From a plasmid: a stretch of 64,000 nucleotides of DNA. Under the pieces are notes generated by a model. The model made no database searches. It was not told the origin of the DNA and saw only the letters and a list, made by a program, of their open reading frames with translations. Within the stretch, counting starts at the first letter, position 1; each line of letters begins with the position of its first letter. Where the stretch lies: the sequence record NZ_CP070571.1; one strand, given 5' to 3'. Both the position numbers and the translations under genes were made by a program. Shown one piece after another: positions 53,557 to 62,915 of the stretch.

Positions 53557-53925
53557 TCAGTGAAGCAGGAACGTTATAGCCGCCGCGCCGAGCGCTCCAC
53601 CAACGAAGGAACAGACAACCGTGATAATCAGAATCTGCCTGATAAGCGCTTGCGAAAACCCTGTTTGCGCTCCGGCCAGACGTTCAAAAAATTGGTCGCT
53701 AACCTTCTGCTCCTTCTTCAGAGTGTTGACCAGCTCGCGCTGGCTTGCGATCACTTCTGTTTTCGCCACCTCAGATGATTTCTTTATTTCATCGGAGGCT
53801 TTATCCAGCCGTTCTACTGTTTCGGTAACGCTTGTGGTTACGCTTTCCAGTTTTGAGGTGATTTCTTTCGCATCGCCTAAAAACCAGTCCATCAGGATAT
53901 CTAATTTATCAGGTTGCTTTTCCAT
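53557..53925 (-). CDS. StbC-like protein with C-terminal TM helix (122 aa)
   Basis: Third gene of the stbABC-like operon. Coiled-coil N-terminal part and hydrophobic C-terminus (ILIITVVCSFVGGALGAAAITFLL). Confidence 0.55.
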   Translation of the reverse strand: MEKQPDKLDILMDWFLGDAKEITSKLESVTTSVTETVERLDKASDEIKKSSEVAKTEVIASQRELVNTLKKEQKVSDQFFERLAGAQTGFSQALIRQILIITVVCSFVGGALGAAAITFLLH

Positions 53926-53926
53926 A

Positions 53927-54637
53927 TTATTCAGCCGTTAATATTTCAAAGGTACGATCAAGATTACGTTTAACCGGCAGCGCTAATTTCATCCAGCGAT
54001 AACGCCGCGCAGCCGCCGCGCGTTCGTCGGCATCAGTGCAGGATTTAGCTTTCGCTTTAAATGTTTCTGGATCTTCAGCCAGCAGTTCTTCAAACGAAAT
54101 TTTGTGATACGCGAGGTATTCATAAATTTCACTTTCAAAAACGGCGGCATCTTTATGAATAGAGGCTTTTTTAGAATCCTTCGCCCATTCATACACTGAA
54201 GCAATATCTTCCTGCGGAGTTGCTTTAATGCGGTTAGGCAGAAGAACAATTTTGGATTTTGGAACGCCAGCAGCGCTTAACGCGAGAGCGGTCTTAATAC
54301 TTTCCTGCCATGCTTTATCATCCGGGGTAACAGGAATAAGATATTTATCAAATTCATCAATTGCACCCTCGTATTTTGTCATGGTAGAAAGAAAACGCTC
54401 TACGTTCGACGCGCCAATATCCACGATGGCGTTATCTTCAAATACGATTTCTTCAACCAGTTGACCAAAATTATCCCCGGTCAAACTCATTACTTCATCA
54501 ACACCCAAATCAGCCGCCGACATATTGATTGTCTCGATGGCAAAGAATTTTGCGCCAGCCATGCGAGGATACAGCAGGTATGACGAAATAATAGTTTTGC
54601 CGACACTGCCACTGTAGTTCATTACTGCAATTTTCAT
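53927..54637 (-). CDS. StbB-like ParA-superfamily ATPase with deviant Walker A (236 aa)
   Basis: MKIAVMNYSGSVGKTIISSYLL is a Walker A-like P-loop. Located between the stbA-like and stbC-like genes next to oriT, as in IncW/IncN stb operons. Confidence 0.65.
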   Translation of the reverse strand: MKIAVMNYSGSVGKTIISSYLLYPRMAGAKFFAIETINMSAADLGVDEVMSLTGDNFGQLVEEIVFEDNAIVDIGASNVERFLSTMTKYEGAIDEFDKYLIPVTPDDKAWQESIKTALALSAAGVPKSKIVLLPNRIKATPQEDIASVYEWAKDSKKASIHKDAAVFESEIYEYLAYHKISFEELLAEDPETFKAKAKSCTDADERAAAARRYRWMKLALPVKRNLDRTFEILTAE

Positions 54638-54649
54638 CTATTCGCTCCT

Positions 54650-55084
54650 TTAGAAACCTTTTTTATTACCTACGCTACCTTTGAATGAGGACGCAACTTT
54701 TTTTGCCTCATCCCCGATTTTTTTAAAATCGGTATCGGACAGAAATTCTTTGTTCCCGCCCATATCCTCAACTAACTTTTCTGATTCTGGATTGTGCAAT
54801 CCAGTATCTTCCGGTTTTGCTTCTTCCTGCGGTTTTGGATTGTGCAATCCATTTTTTACCGTACTTTCTGGATTGTGCAATCCACCTTTTTTACGCTTTA
54901 ACCTGGCCCGGTACAATGCCATTTCCAGCGCTTTCGGTGTTACGGAAAAGCTATATTCAGCATCAAGCAGTTGAGCAATCTCTTGCCTCGATACACCTTT
55001 ATCCAGCCAGCCCTCGATCTCATCTAAACGAGTTCGTACTGCTGCCGAAAGGTTACGAGGTTCTAACTCGGTTGCCTTTTTCAT
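54650..55084 (-). CDS. StbA-like DNA-binding protein, copy 2 (144 aa)
   Basis: First gene downstream of the oriT direct repeats. N-terminal 62 aa conserved with copy 1 (31093). 3' half carries three GGATTGTGCAATCC palindromes encoding the repeated GLHNP peptide. Confidence 0.65.
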   Translation of the reverse strand: MKKATELEPRNLSAAVRTRLDEIEGWLDKGVSRQEIAQLLDAEYSFSVTPKALEMALYRARLKRKKGGLHNPESTVKNGLHNPKPQEEAKPEDTGLHNPESEKLVEDMGGNKEFLSDTDFKKIGDEAKKVASSFKGSVGNKKGF

Positions 55085-55559
55085 ACCCTCTCCTTCGTCT
55101 GCATTTGAATGTACGTTAACCCGTTTATCCCGTCAACCCGATTTTGTAGTTTTTTGGTAGTTTTTTAGTAGTTGGTTGCTTTTGTTTGTAGTCTATATGT
55201 AGTTATTCTGTAGTTTTTACCACAATTCAACTATCTAGGTGTGTAGTCTTTCTGTAGTCTATTTGTAGTGGCTGGTAAAAAAACTTTCATGCAAGCATGA
55301 AAGTGGTGAATGTGAACGCTTTTTGAGCGATTCACTTGCACGTAACACCGGTTTCTCCCTTAAAAAAGGCGTGGTATGGTATCCCTTAACGGCTATACAC
55401 CATACGCAATTACGATTTTCATCGTAAATGCTTGAAAACAAAACAAATTATTCTAATTTGTGTTTTAATGTGTAATACGCAACGTATTACACATGTGGAA
55501 TTAAGCCGCATATATGCTAGATTTGAATGTATTACATCGGTATTACACAAAGGAAACCT
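55085..55559. promoter_or_regulatory. oriT region with divergent promoters: 11-bp direct repeats (CTACA(A/G)A...), 20-bp palindrome CTTTCATGCAAGCATGAAAG (55284-55303), and 23-bp palindrome GTGTAATACGCAACGTATTACAC (55470-55492)
   Basis: Located between the divergent stb operon and the traK-like/T4CP/relaxase operon, as oriT is in IncW/IncN plasmids. The direct repeats 55144-55270 mirror those at 30885-31047. Confidence 0.65.
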
Positions 55560-55907
55560 ATGCCATCTATCAGTTTAAGAGTGACCGAAGCGCAAAAAAT
55601 CGACCTTGAATACCGTTCGGAGGGCAACGTATCGGAGTACATCAAGCAACAGCTTTTTGGACAAAAAGAGAGTGCCAGTGAAGTGATCGCCCGGCTTGAT
55701 AAACTGCTGGAACGTTCATCTTCAGAGCAGCAAGCCGCCGGACGAGATCGATACATCGAGGCAATGTTGATTGAGGTGTTATTGATACTTCGCCAGGTGA
55801 GTAAAGCAGATGCGCAGAAAGTTGCCGGTGGTGAAATTCGCCGGTTAGGGCTGGAGCCGTGGTCAGCAGAGCTGGCCCAGGAGAGAGAGGAACAGAGTCA
55901 TGAATGA
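55560..55907 (+). CDS. relaxosome accessory protein (TrwA/TraK-like, RHH), ~115 aa
   Basis: MPSISLRVTEAQKIDLEYRSEGNVSEYIKQQLF is an N-terminal ribbon-helix-helix. First gene of the Dtr operon; overlaps the T4CP start. The track start at 55527 is probably too early (RBS AGGAAA precedes 55560). Confidence 0.7.
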   Translation: MPSISLRVTEAQKIDLEYRSEGNVSEYIKQQLFGQKESASEVIARLDKLLERSSSEQQAAGRDRYIEAMLIEVLLILRQVSKADAQKVAGGEIRRLGLEPWSAELAQEREEQSHE

Positions 55908-57477
55908 AGCGGATAAGGGCAAAATCTGCCTGGGGGCATTGCTTTTTACCCCCCTTGTTACGTGGTTTATCGCGGCGAAAGCCTTGTATGGTTTTACGCC
56001 AAAAGATGCGCGTGAACGTCTGGTTTTACTTATTCAGCAGACTTTTGATTTATGGCCTTTATGGGGTGCTTTATTAGTCGGTGAAATTATTGCCATCATA
56101 GGCTTAATCATATTTTTCAAATTTAATCACCAGATATTTAAAGGTGCACCATTTAAGAAAATATATCGTGGTACGCGGCTTGTTTCTCAGCGGGCTTTAG
56201 CATCCATAACTAAAGAAAGAGAGCCGCAAATAACAATAGCCGATATTCCAATCCCTACAAAAGCGGAAGGTACACATATTTCAATAGCCGGGGCGACCGG
56301 TGTTGGTAAATCAACAATCTTTGCTGAAATGATGAAATGTTGCTTGATGCGTGGAAAAATGCAACGTGTTGCCTCAAATAAAGACCGCATGATAATCCTC
56401 GATCCAGATGGCGATTTCCTTTCTCGTTTTTATAAAAAAGGCGATAAGATTTTAAATCCCTATGATGCCAGAACAGAAGGGTGGGTATTTTTCAACGAAA
56501 TAAAAAGTGATTTTGACTTTGAGCGATTCGGTGTTTCTATCGTACCTACAGCGAAGGATTCGCAAACAGAAGAATGGAATGGATACGGTCGTCTTTTATT
56601 TACCGAGGTATCCCGTAAAGTATTTAACACAAGTCGAAACCCAACGATGGAAGAAGTATTCTACTGGACAAATGAAGTACCACTGGAAGAACTTGAAGAA
56701 TATGTCAGAGGCACTAAAGCACAGGCTTTATTTGCTGGTAGCGGTCGGGCCGTTGGTAGTGCTCGCTTTGTGCTTAGTAATAAACTTGCCGCTCACCTGA
56801 AAATGCCAGCAGGGAACTTCTCAATTCGTGAATGGCTGGAAGATCCGAAAGGCGGGAATCTGTATATCACCTGGACAGATGAAATGCGTGAAGCCTTGAA
56901 ATCGCTTATTTCATGCTGGACAGATAGCATATTTTCTATTGTGTTAGGTATGAGCAAGAGCAACTCCCGTAAAATCTGGACGTTTATAGATGAACTGGAA
57001 TCCCTTGATTACCTGCCATCATTACGTGATGCGTTAACAAAAGGTCGTAAAAAAGGACTACGGGTTGTCACCGGCTATCAGTCTTATTCGCAGGTCATTA
57101 GCATCTATGGCAGTGATGTAGCTGAAACCCTTCTGTCTAACCATCGTACATCGGTTGTTATGGCCGCTGGTCGCCTGGGTGAAAGAACCCTCGAATTTGT
57201 CTCTAAATCATTGGGGGAGATTGAGGGCGAAAGAGAAAAAACGGGGATTAGCCGCCGCTTTGGTCAGTTGGGAACCAAAAATACCAATGATGATCACAAG
57301 CGCGAGCGGGCTGTAACGCCAACCGAAATCGCCACGCTGGATGATCTGACCGGCTACATCGCGTTTCCAGGAAATCTGCCAGTGGCTAAATTTGAGACTC
57401 ATCACGTTAACTACACTCGTTCTAACCCTGTACCGGGCGTGGTCTTACGTGAAAGCACCGCATTTGCAGGAATGTAA
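55900..57477 (+). CDS. type IV coupling protein (TrwB/TraJ/VirD4-like), 525 aa
   Basis: N-terminal TM helices, Walker A GATGVGKS and Walker B. Located between the accessory protein and the relaxase. Confidence 0.85.
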   Translation: MNEADKGKICLGALLFTPLVTWFIAAKALYGFTPKDARERLVLLIQQTFDLWPLWGALLVGEIIAIIGLIIFFKFNHQIFKGAPFKKIYRGTRLVSQRALASITKEREPQITIADIPIPTKAEGTHISIAGATGVGKSTIFAEMMKCCLMRGKMQRVASNKDRMIILDPDGDFLSRFYKKGDKILNPYDARTEGWVFFNEIKSDFDFERFGVSIVPTAKDSQTEEWNGYGRLLFTEVSRKVFNTSRNPTMEEVFYWTNEVPLEELEEYVRGTKAQALFAGSGRAVGSARFVLSNKLAAHLKMPAGNFSIREWLEDPKGGNLYITWTDEMREALKSLISCWTDSIFSIVLGMSKSNSRKIWTFIDELESLDYLPSLRDALTKGRKKGLRVVTGYQSYSQVISIYGSDVAETLLSNHRTSVVMAAGRLGERTLEFVSKSLGEIEGEREKTGISRRFGQLGTKNTNDDHKRERAVTPTEIATLDDLTGYIAFPGNLPVAKFETHHVNYTRSNPVPGVVLRESTAFAGM

Positions 57478-57479
57478 AT

Positions 57480-60389
57480 ATGCTGAACATTACGACGATT
57501 ACCCGCCAGCGTGTCGATAAGGTTGTTGATTACTATGCTGATGGCGCAGACGATTACTATGCGAAAGACGGTAACGCGATGCAGTGGCAAGGCGCTGGCG
57601 CGGAAGAACTGGGCTTAACCGGCGAGGTAGAACAAAAACGGTTTGCGAAATTGCTTGATGGCAAAGTAACGGATGACATTTCCGTGATGCGTAAAACGGC
57701 CAACAGCGAAAGCAAAGAACGATTGGGATACGATCTTACGTTTTCCGCGCCGAAAGGCGTTACGCTTCAGGCACTGGTCAACGGTGATAAACGTATCATT
57801 GAAGCGCACGATCGGGCGGTCACTAAAGCCATCGAGGAAGCGGAACGGCTGGCACTAGGCCGCTTTACCGTCAATAAAAAAACGCACGTTGAAAACACGA
57901 ATAAGCTGATTGTCGGCAAATTTCGACACGAAACGTCACGCGAGCTAGACCCGGATTTGCACACCCATGCCTTTGTAATGAACCTCACCAAAACCAGCGA
58001 TGGTAAATGGCGTTCGCTCACGAATGACGGCATTGTGAATTCGCTTACGTTATTGGGTAACGTTTACAAATCCGAGCTGGCAAGAGAGCTGGAGCTGGCC
58101 GGTTACAACCTGCGTTATGATCGGAATGGTACGTTTGATTTGGCGCATTTCAGCCAGGAGCAGATAGCCCAATTCAGCCAGCGCAGCCAGCAGATTGAGG
58201 CCGAGTTAGCAAAGAATGGTTTAAGCCGTGAAACGGCCAGCCATGAGCAAAAAAATGCGGCCGCTCTGAAAACTCGTAAAAGCAAAGGCGAAGTAGATCG
58301 CGATGTACTCTATGAGGGCTGGAAAAACCGCGCCAAAGAGCTTCAGATTGATTTTGATAGCCGGGAGTGGAAAGGTGCGGCCAACGACGATATAGCGCGG
58401 AATACGCAGCCAGCGGCGCTGGAAAAGCCTATCGAGTACCAGGCTGACAAGGTAATGACCTTTGCCATTCGTTCACTTACCGAACGTCAATCGGTGATTA
58501 CCGAGCGGGAGCTGATGGACGTGGCGATGAAGCATGGCTATGGCCGCTTAACCCTCGATGATATTCGGGCTGCGAGAGAACGGGCCATAACCTCCGGCAA
58601 CCTCATCAAAGAAGAAGCAACATACGCAGCGGCCACGACCAATAAAAAACAGCAGAACGTAGCAATGACCCGCGAACAATGGGTAACGGAACTGGTGAAA
58701 GCTGGCCGCAATAAAGATGAGGCCCGTAAACTCGTAGATAAGGGCATCACAAACGGGCGGCTGGTACAGCAAAAGCCGCGTTTTACCACACAGTTAGCTC
58801 AACAACGCGAACGCAACATACTGAAGATGGAGCGGGAAGGGCGCGGAAAGATCCAGACCCCATACACTCGCGAGTTTAGCGAGGGCTGGTTAGCCAGCAG
58901 AACGTTAAAACCCGAACAGTTAAAAGCGGTTATGGGAATTATTCATACCCCCAACCAGTTTATTTCTGTACATGGGTTTGCCGGTACTGGCAAAAGTTAT
59001 ATGACCAAATCGGCAGCGGATTTTCTAAAAGAGCAGGGCGTACACGTCACCAGTCTTGCCCCCTACGGTAGCCAGGTTAAAGCGCTTCAGGCTGAAGGGC
59101 TGGAATCTCGCACACTCCAGTCTTTCCTCCGGGCCTCAGATAAAAAAATTGGCCCCGGCTCAGTAGTTTTTATTGACGAAGCAGGGGTAATCCCGGCCCG
59201 CCAGATGGAGGAAACCATGCGCGTGATCCGCGATGCGGGCGCACGAGCGGTATTCCTGGGCGATACTAAACAGACTAAAGCCGTCGAAGCGGGTAAACCT
59301 TTCGAGCAGCTTATTAAAGCCGGTATGGAAACGGCCTATATGAAAGATATTCAGCGCCAGAAAGACCCGGAATTGCTGAAAGCCGCGCTAAATGCAGCAG
59401 AAGGGAAAATAAAGGCGTCGTTGACCCACGTAACCAGCATCGTAGAGGAAAAAAATCATGATCAGCGCTACCGCCGCATTGTCGGGGATTACGTGGCAAT
59501 GCCGCCGACAGACCGGGCTAACGCCCTGATCATCACCGGCACGAACGACAGCCGGAAAAAAATTAATGAGTACATTCAGGCCGAGCTGGGGCTAAAAGGC
59601 CAGGGTATCAATTACCCGCTTCTGAACCGTCTTGATACCACTCAGGCCCAGCGGCAGCACAGCAAATATTACGAAAAAGGAGCCGTGATTATCCCGGAAC
59701 GGGATTACAGCAACGGGCTGAAACGCGGGGCCGTTTATACCGTTCTCGATACCGGCCCCGGCAATAAACTTACGGTAAGCGACGGCAGCGGCGACACAAT
59801 CGCATTTTCACCGGCGCGATTTTCCAAATTATCCGTGTACTCAGTTGAAAAAACGGAGCTGGCCGTAGGCGACCAGGTAAGGATCACCCGTAACGATGCG
59901 CATCTGGATTTAGCGAACGGCGACCGTTTTAAGGTAAAAGGCGTCCAGAGTGGTGAGGTACTGCTGGAGAACGAGAAAGGGCGACTGGTAAAAATTGATG
60001 CCAACAAACCTATGTATTTAGGGCTGGCTTACGCTTCGACCGTTCATAGCGCTCAGGGGCTAACCTGCGACAAGGTTTTTATCAATATGGATACCCGATC
60101 ACTCACAACGGCCAAAGATGTTTATTACGTGGCTGTCACCCGCGCTAAACACGAAGCCGTCATTTACACAGACGATGAGAAGAAGCTGGATAAAGCGGCC
60201 AGCCGTGAAGGGTTCAAAACCGCCGCGCTTGAGCTGGAACAACTCAAACGCTATGCCAAAGAGCAGCAGCATGATGCCCGCGAAAAAGGCCGAGACAAAA
60301 CCGAGCCGACGCAGGAAAAAGACAATTCCAAGCGTAAAGGCAAAGGTCATGACAAAAATAACGACGAGAGAGCATTTACCTCGCTCTAA
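57480..60389 (+). CDS. MOBF relaxase-helicase (TrwC/TraI-like), 969 aa
   Basis: N-terminus MLNITTITRQRVDKVVDYYADGADDYYAKDGNAMQWQGAGAEELGL...FSAPKGVTLQAL...GKFRHETSRELDPDLHTHAFVMNLT closely parallels R388 TrwC as remembered (catalytic Tyr pair region and HxH metal site). C-terminal RecD-like helicase Walker A GFAGTGKS. Confidence 0.9.
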   Translation: MLNITTITRQRVDKVVDYYADGADDYYAKDGNAMQWQGAGAEELGLTGEVEQKRFAKLLDGKVTDDISVMRKTANSESKERLGYDLTFSAPKGVTLQALVNGDKRIIEAHDRAVTKAIEEAERLALGRFTVNKKTHVENTNKLIVGKFRHETSRELDPDLHTHAFVMNLTKTSDGKWRSLTNDGIVNSLTLLGNVYKSELARELELAGYNLRYDRNGTFDLAHFSQEQIAQFSQRSQQIEAELAKNGLSRETASHEQKNAAALKTRKSKGEVDRDVLYEGWKNRAKELQIDFDSREWKGAANDDIARNTQPAALEKPIEYQADKVMTFAIRSLTERQSVITERELMDVAMKHGYGRLTLDDIRAARERAITSGNLIKEEATYAAATTNKKQQNVAMTREQWVTELVKAGRNKDEARKLVDKGITNGRLVQQKPRFTTQLAQQRERNILKMEREGRGKIQTPYTREFSEGWLASRTLKPEQLKAVMGIIHTPNQFISVHGFAGTGKSYMTKSAADFLKEQGVHVTSLAPYGSQVKALQAEGLESRTLQSFLRASDKKIGPGSVVFIDEAGVIPARQMEETMRVIRDAGARAVFLGDTKQTKAVEAGKPFEQLIKAGMETAYMKDIQRQKDPELLKAALNAAEGKIKASLTHVTSIVEEKNHDQRYRRIVGDYVAMPPTDRANALIITGTNDSRKKINEYIQAELGLKGQGINYPLLNRLDTTQAQRQHSKYYEKGAVIIPERDYSNGLKRGAVYTVLDTGPGNKLTVSDGSGDTIAFSPARFSKLSVYSVEKTELAVGDQVRITRNDAHLDLANGDRFKVKGVQSGEVLLENEKGRLVKIDANKPMYLGLAYASTVHSAQGLTCDKVFINMDTRSLTTAKDVYYVAVTRAKHEAVIYTDDEKKLDKAASREGFKTAALELEQLKRYAKEQQHDAREKGRDKTEPTQEKDNSKRKGKGHDKNNDERAFTSL

Positions 60390-60622
60390 CTGACTAATCC
60401 CCCGAACAGCACCGGCAGAACAAACCCACCCCGGATTATTGGGAGCCGGTATTGTCCGGGGGGCATTATCGTAGCATTTGTGTTGCATACAGCCCGTAAA
60501 AACTCATTCAGTGAACTTGAACAACCGTTTGTGTGGCCACGTCGCCGGCAGCAGCTGGCCAACGCCGGCGCCGAAAACGAGAAGTGAATAAAAACATAAA
60601 GTTATGAGGGGAGGGGATAAGA

Positions 60623-60653
60623 AAAGGGCATTCAAAAATTTCGATGCCCTTTT
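60623..60653 (+). terminator. rho-independent terminator downstream of the relaxase gene
   Basis: GGGCATTCAAAAATTTCGATGCCCTTTT. Confidence 0.65.
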
Positions 60654-60666
60654 GTGGAAACCTGCG

Positions 60667-60861
60667 CTATCGCGGGGAAAAACCTTCTTCGGCCATTGCC
60701 CTCTGTAATTTATCGACGGCATCCTTGATGACATACGCCTCGTCATCATCAACAGCACACCCCCGTAAATCACTCCACGTCAACCGCTTAACAAACTGCG
60801 CCAGCGCCAGCGCTTCTTTGTCATCCAGCTCTAAAGACAACGTGTTGATACCTTGACCCAT
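60667..60861 (-). CDS. small hypothetical protein (64 aa)
   Basis: MGQGINTLSLELDDKEALALAQFVKRLTWSDLRGCAVDDDEAYVIKDAVDKLQRAMAEEGFSPR. Co-oriented with and 12 bp downstream of the GNAT gene. Confidence 0.45.
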   Translation of the reverse strand: MGQGINTLSLELDDKEALALAQFVKRLTWSDLRGCAVDDDEAYVIKDAVDKLQRAMAEEGFSPR

Positions 60862-60872
60862 AACCCACCTCG

Positions 60873-61367
60873 TTAGTCTGTAAAACGGTACGTTTTCTTA
60901 CCGCCCTGCGTTTCATGAATCAGCTTAAACCCGCTTCCGGCCAGCAGTCTCATCATTTTTGTGGCCGGGGGGAGACAGGAGGCTTCCAGCCGGTGTCCGG
61001 GCGTGGCTTCGATGATTGAGGCAAGCATACTCTTTCCAATGCCTTTACCCTGCTCATCAGCCGCAACAGCGAACATACGGATCTCAAGATGAGATGCCCG
61101 GCCCGCAAAATCATTGCGGCCGGTTAACAGCGAAAATCCCACCGGCTGCCGCGTTAACTTCTCGGCAAAGACAAAGAGATAATCCCCTACGGGGATATTA
61201 TCTCTGTATTGTTGGGTGACACTTTGTAGCTCAGATCTCACTGTTTCAAGACCGTTGCCCTCGGCATAGAAAAATGCGCCAGATGTTATCCCATCGCGCA
61301 CCAGGTTCATGATGAAAGGAATATCGCCGCTGTTTCCTAATCGCATATCAAGCATATCGTTCTCCAT
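60873..61367 (-). CDS. GNAT-family N-acetyltransferase (~164 aa from MENDMLDM)
   Basis: Acetyl-CoA binding motif region ...RMFAVAADEQGKGIGKSMLASII... Start ATG overlaps the nuc stop (TGATG), so the two are translationally coupled. Confidence 0.65.
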   Translation of the reverse strand: MENDMLDMRLGNSGDIPFIMNLVRDGITSGAFFYAEGNGLETVRSELQSVTQQYRDNIPVGDYLFVFAEKLTRQPVGFSLLTGRNDFAGRASHLEIRMFAVAADEQGKGIGKSMLASIIEATPGHRLEASCLPPATKMMRLLAGSGFKLIHETQGGKKTYRFTD

Positions 61368-61921
61368 CAATAAGACGGGGTAAAATCCCGGCCCTGATTC
61401 CAGCGTGATTGCCAGTGCTTCAGGTACTGCCCGGCCAGTTCTGGCGCGTCCCACATCACAATCGCGTTTTCAGAGTTATATTTCTCGGCACTGGCCGTGT
61501 AGTTAAAACTGCCAGTTTCCACATGACGGCCATCAACGATGATCACCTTGTCATGCTGGATTTTGTAGTTACTGTTAACCCGCAGCGGAATACCCGCGTT
61601 CGTAACAAGATTCATTGCCGCACGACTTGCGCGGCCCGTATTGCCATTCTCATCAACGACAATTTTCACGTCTACACCGCGGCGTTTGGCCGCAATCAGC
61701 GCTTTCATAATATCGGGGGCGGTAAAGCTGTAGGCCATCATTCTGATGTTATCTTTTGCCGAGCCGATTACGTTGATAACGAGCTGCTGCGCGGTTCCTT
61801 CCGGCGAGAAACCTACTTGCGCCGATGCAGCAAAAAGAGACGGGGCCGAAGCCCCGTAAAGTACGGCGGCAACCAGTGCCGCTTTAAAGAGAAAGTTGCG
61901 CTTTTTTAAACGCTGGATCAT
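61367..61921 (-). CDS. nuc: phospholipase-D-family periplasmic endonuclease Nuc (pKM101 Nuc-like), ~184 aa with signal peptide
   Basis: [31 protein letters not shown] signal sequence. HxK motif (KIQHDKVIIVDG) of the PLD family. Start chosen internal to the track ORF. Confidence 0.75.
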   Translation of the reverse strand: MIQRLKKRNFLFKAALVAAVLYGASAPSLFAASAQVGFSPEGTAQQLVINVIGSAKDNIRMMAYSFTAPDIMKALIAAKRRGVDVKIVVDENGNTGRASRAAMNLVTNAGIPLRVNSNYKIQHDKVIIVDGRHVETGSFNYTASAEKYNSENAIVMWDAPELAGQYLKHWQSRWNQGRDFTPSY

Positions 61922-62915
61922 AAAGAACCTCAACAATCTGGCGGTGTTCCATGTACACCACAACATCTATCGTGGTGTACAGCGTTTTCATAATCACGTC
62001 ATAATCCAGCGTCTGGCCGACGCCGGTTTGCTTGATAAGCAGCGCAATACGGCTGAAAGTGGATTTTGCATCGTCGGCGTGGGTGGATGTGATCCCGCCC
62101 GGATGCCCGGTATTCAGCGAGTTTATGTAATCCCATGCTGCATCATCCCTAAGCTCTGTCATCATGATACGGTCGGGAGAAAGACGCATACACGCTTTCA
62201 GGCTGACCGCCGGGGCCAGACGGCCATCCTGATCGCCGTACAGCATATAAACCATTTCGTGATGCAGATCAGACCCAATTTCGTGAACGTCCTCTGAAAC
62301 TACAATGCGCTCGGTATAAGGCACTTCCCGAAGCAGGGAGCGGGTAAACGTTGATTTACCCGAACCGGTAGACCCTGATACAACGATGTTCAGCTTGTTG
62401 CGTACCGCAATTTTAAAAAACGAAACGAGGTCGTCTTTATCGAGCAACTCCAGCAATTCTTGCTCGAATGGCTGAAGGGCTACTTCACCCTGAACCTTTC
62501 GTTTCCAGCCAGTGAAACGGCCCTCATCGCGGAGTTGTTCAAGAGACTTATCAACGGGCAGATGCTTACGAAACGCGATGGCTACTGTTCCCTCCAGTAC
62601 GGCAGGGGGTAAGCAAATAATTCCCCTTGAGCCGTCCGGCAGAAGCACGTTATTAACGGACTCTTTCGGTAGTCCGTTATAACCACAAAGCGTGTCGGTT
62701 AAGCGTGATATATATTCAGCCGTAATTTTCTCATCGTCGTGGAAAATACGACCTTTCGACGTTTCACAGACAACCTGCTGATACTTGTTAATTCTCAGCT
62801 CCCACACATCGGGATCACTCAGGTAGCGCTGAAGTGGTTCGAGCGTCAGCCATACCCCCTGCTCACGGCGGGGGCGTTGGCGAATATCTTGAATATTACT
62901 GGTTAACTCAGTCAT
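61884..62915 (-). CDS. VirB11-family T4SS ATPase (343 aa)
   Basis: Walker [10 protein letters not shown] and the conserved His box. Overlaps virB10 by 8 nt. Confidence 0.85.
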   Translation of the reverse strand: MTELTSNIQDIRQRPRREQGVWLTLEPLQRYLSDPDVWELRINKYQQVVCETSKGRIFHDDEKITAEYISRLTDTLCGYNGLPKESVNNVLLPDGSRGIICLPPAVLEGTVAIAFRKHLPVDKSLEQLRDEGRFTGWKRKVQGEVALQPFEQELLELLDKDDLVSFFKIAVRNKLNIVVSGSTGSGKSTFTRSLLREVPYTERIVVSEDVHEIGSDLHHEMVYMLYGDQDGRLAPAVSLKACMRLSPDRIMMTELRDDAAWDYINSLNTGHPGGITSTHADDAKSTFSRIALLIKQTGVGQTLDYDVIMKTLYTTIDVVVYMEHRQIVEVLYDPAFKKAQLSL

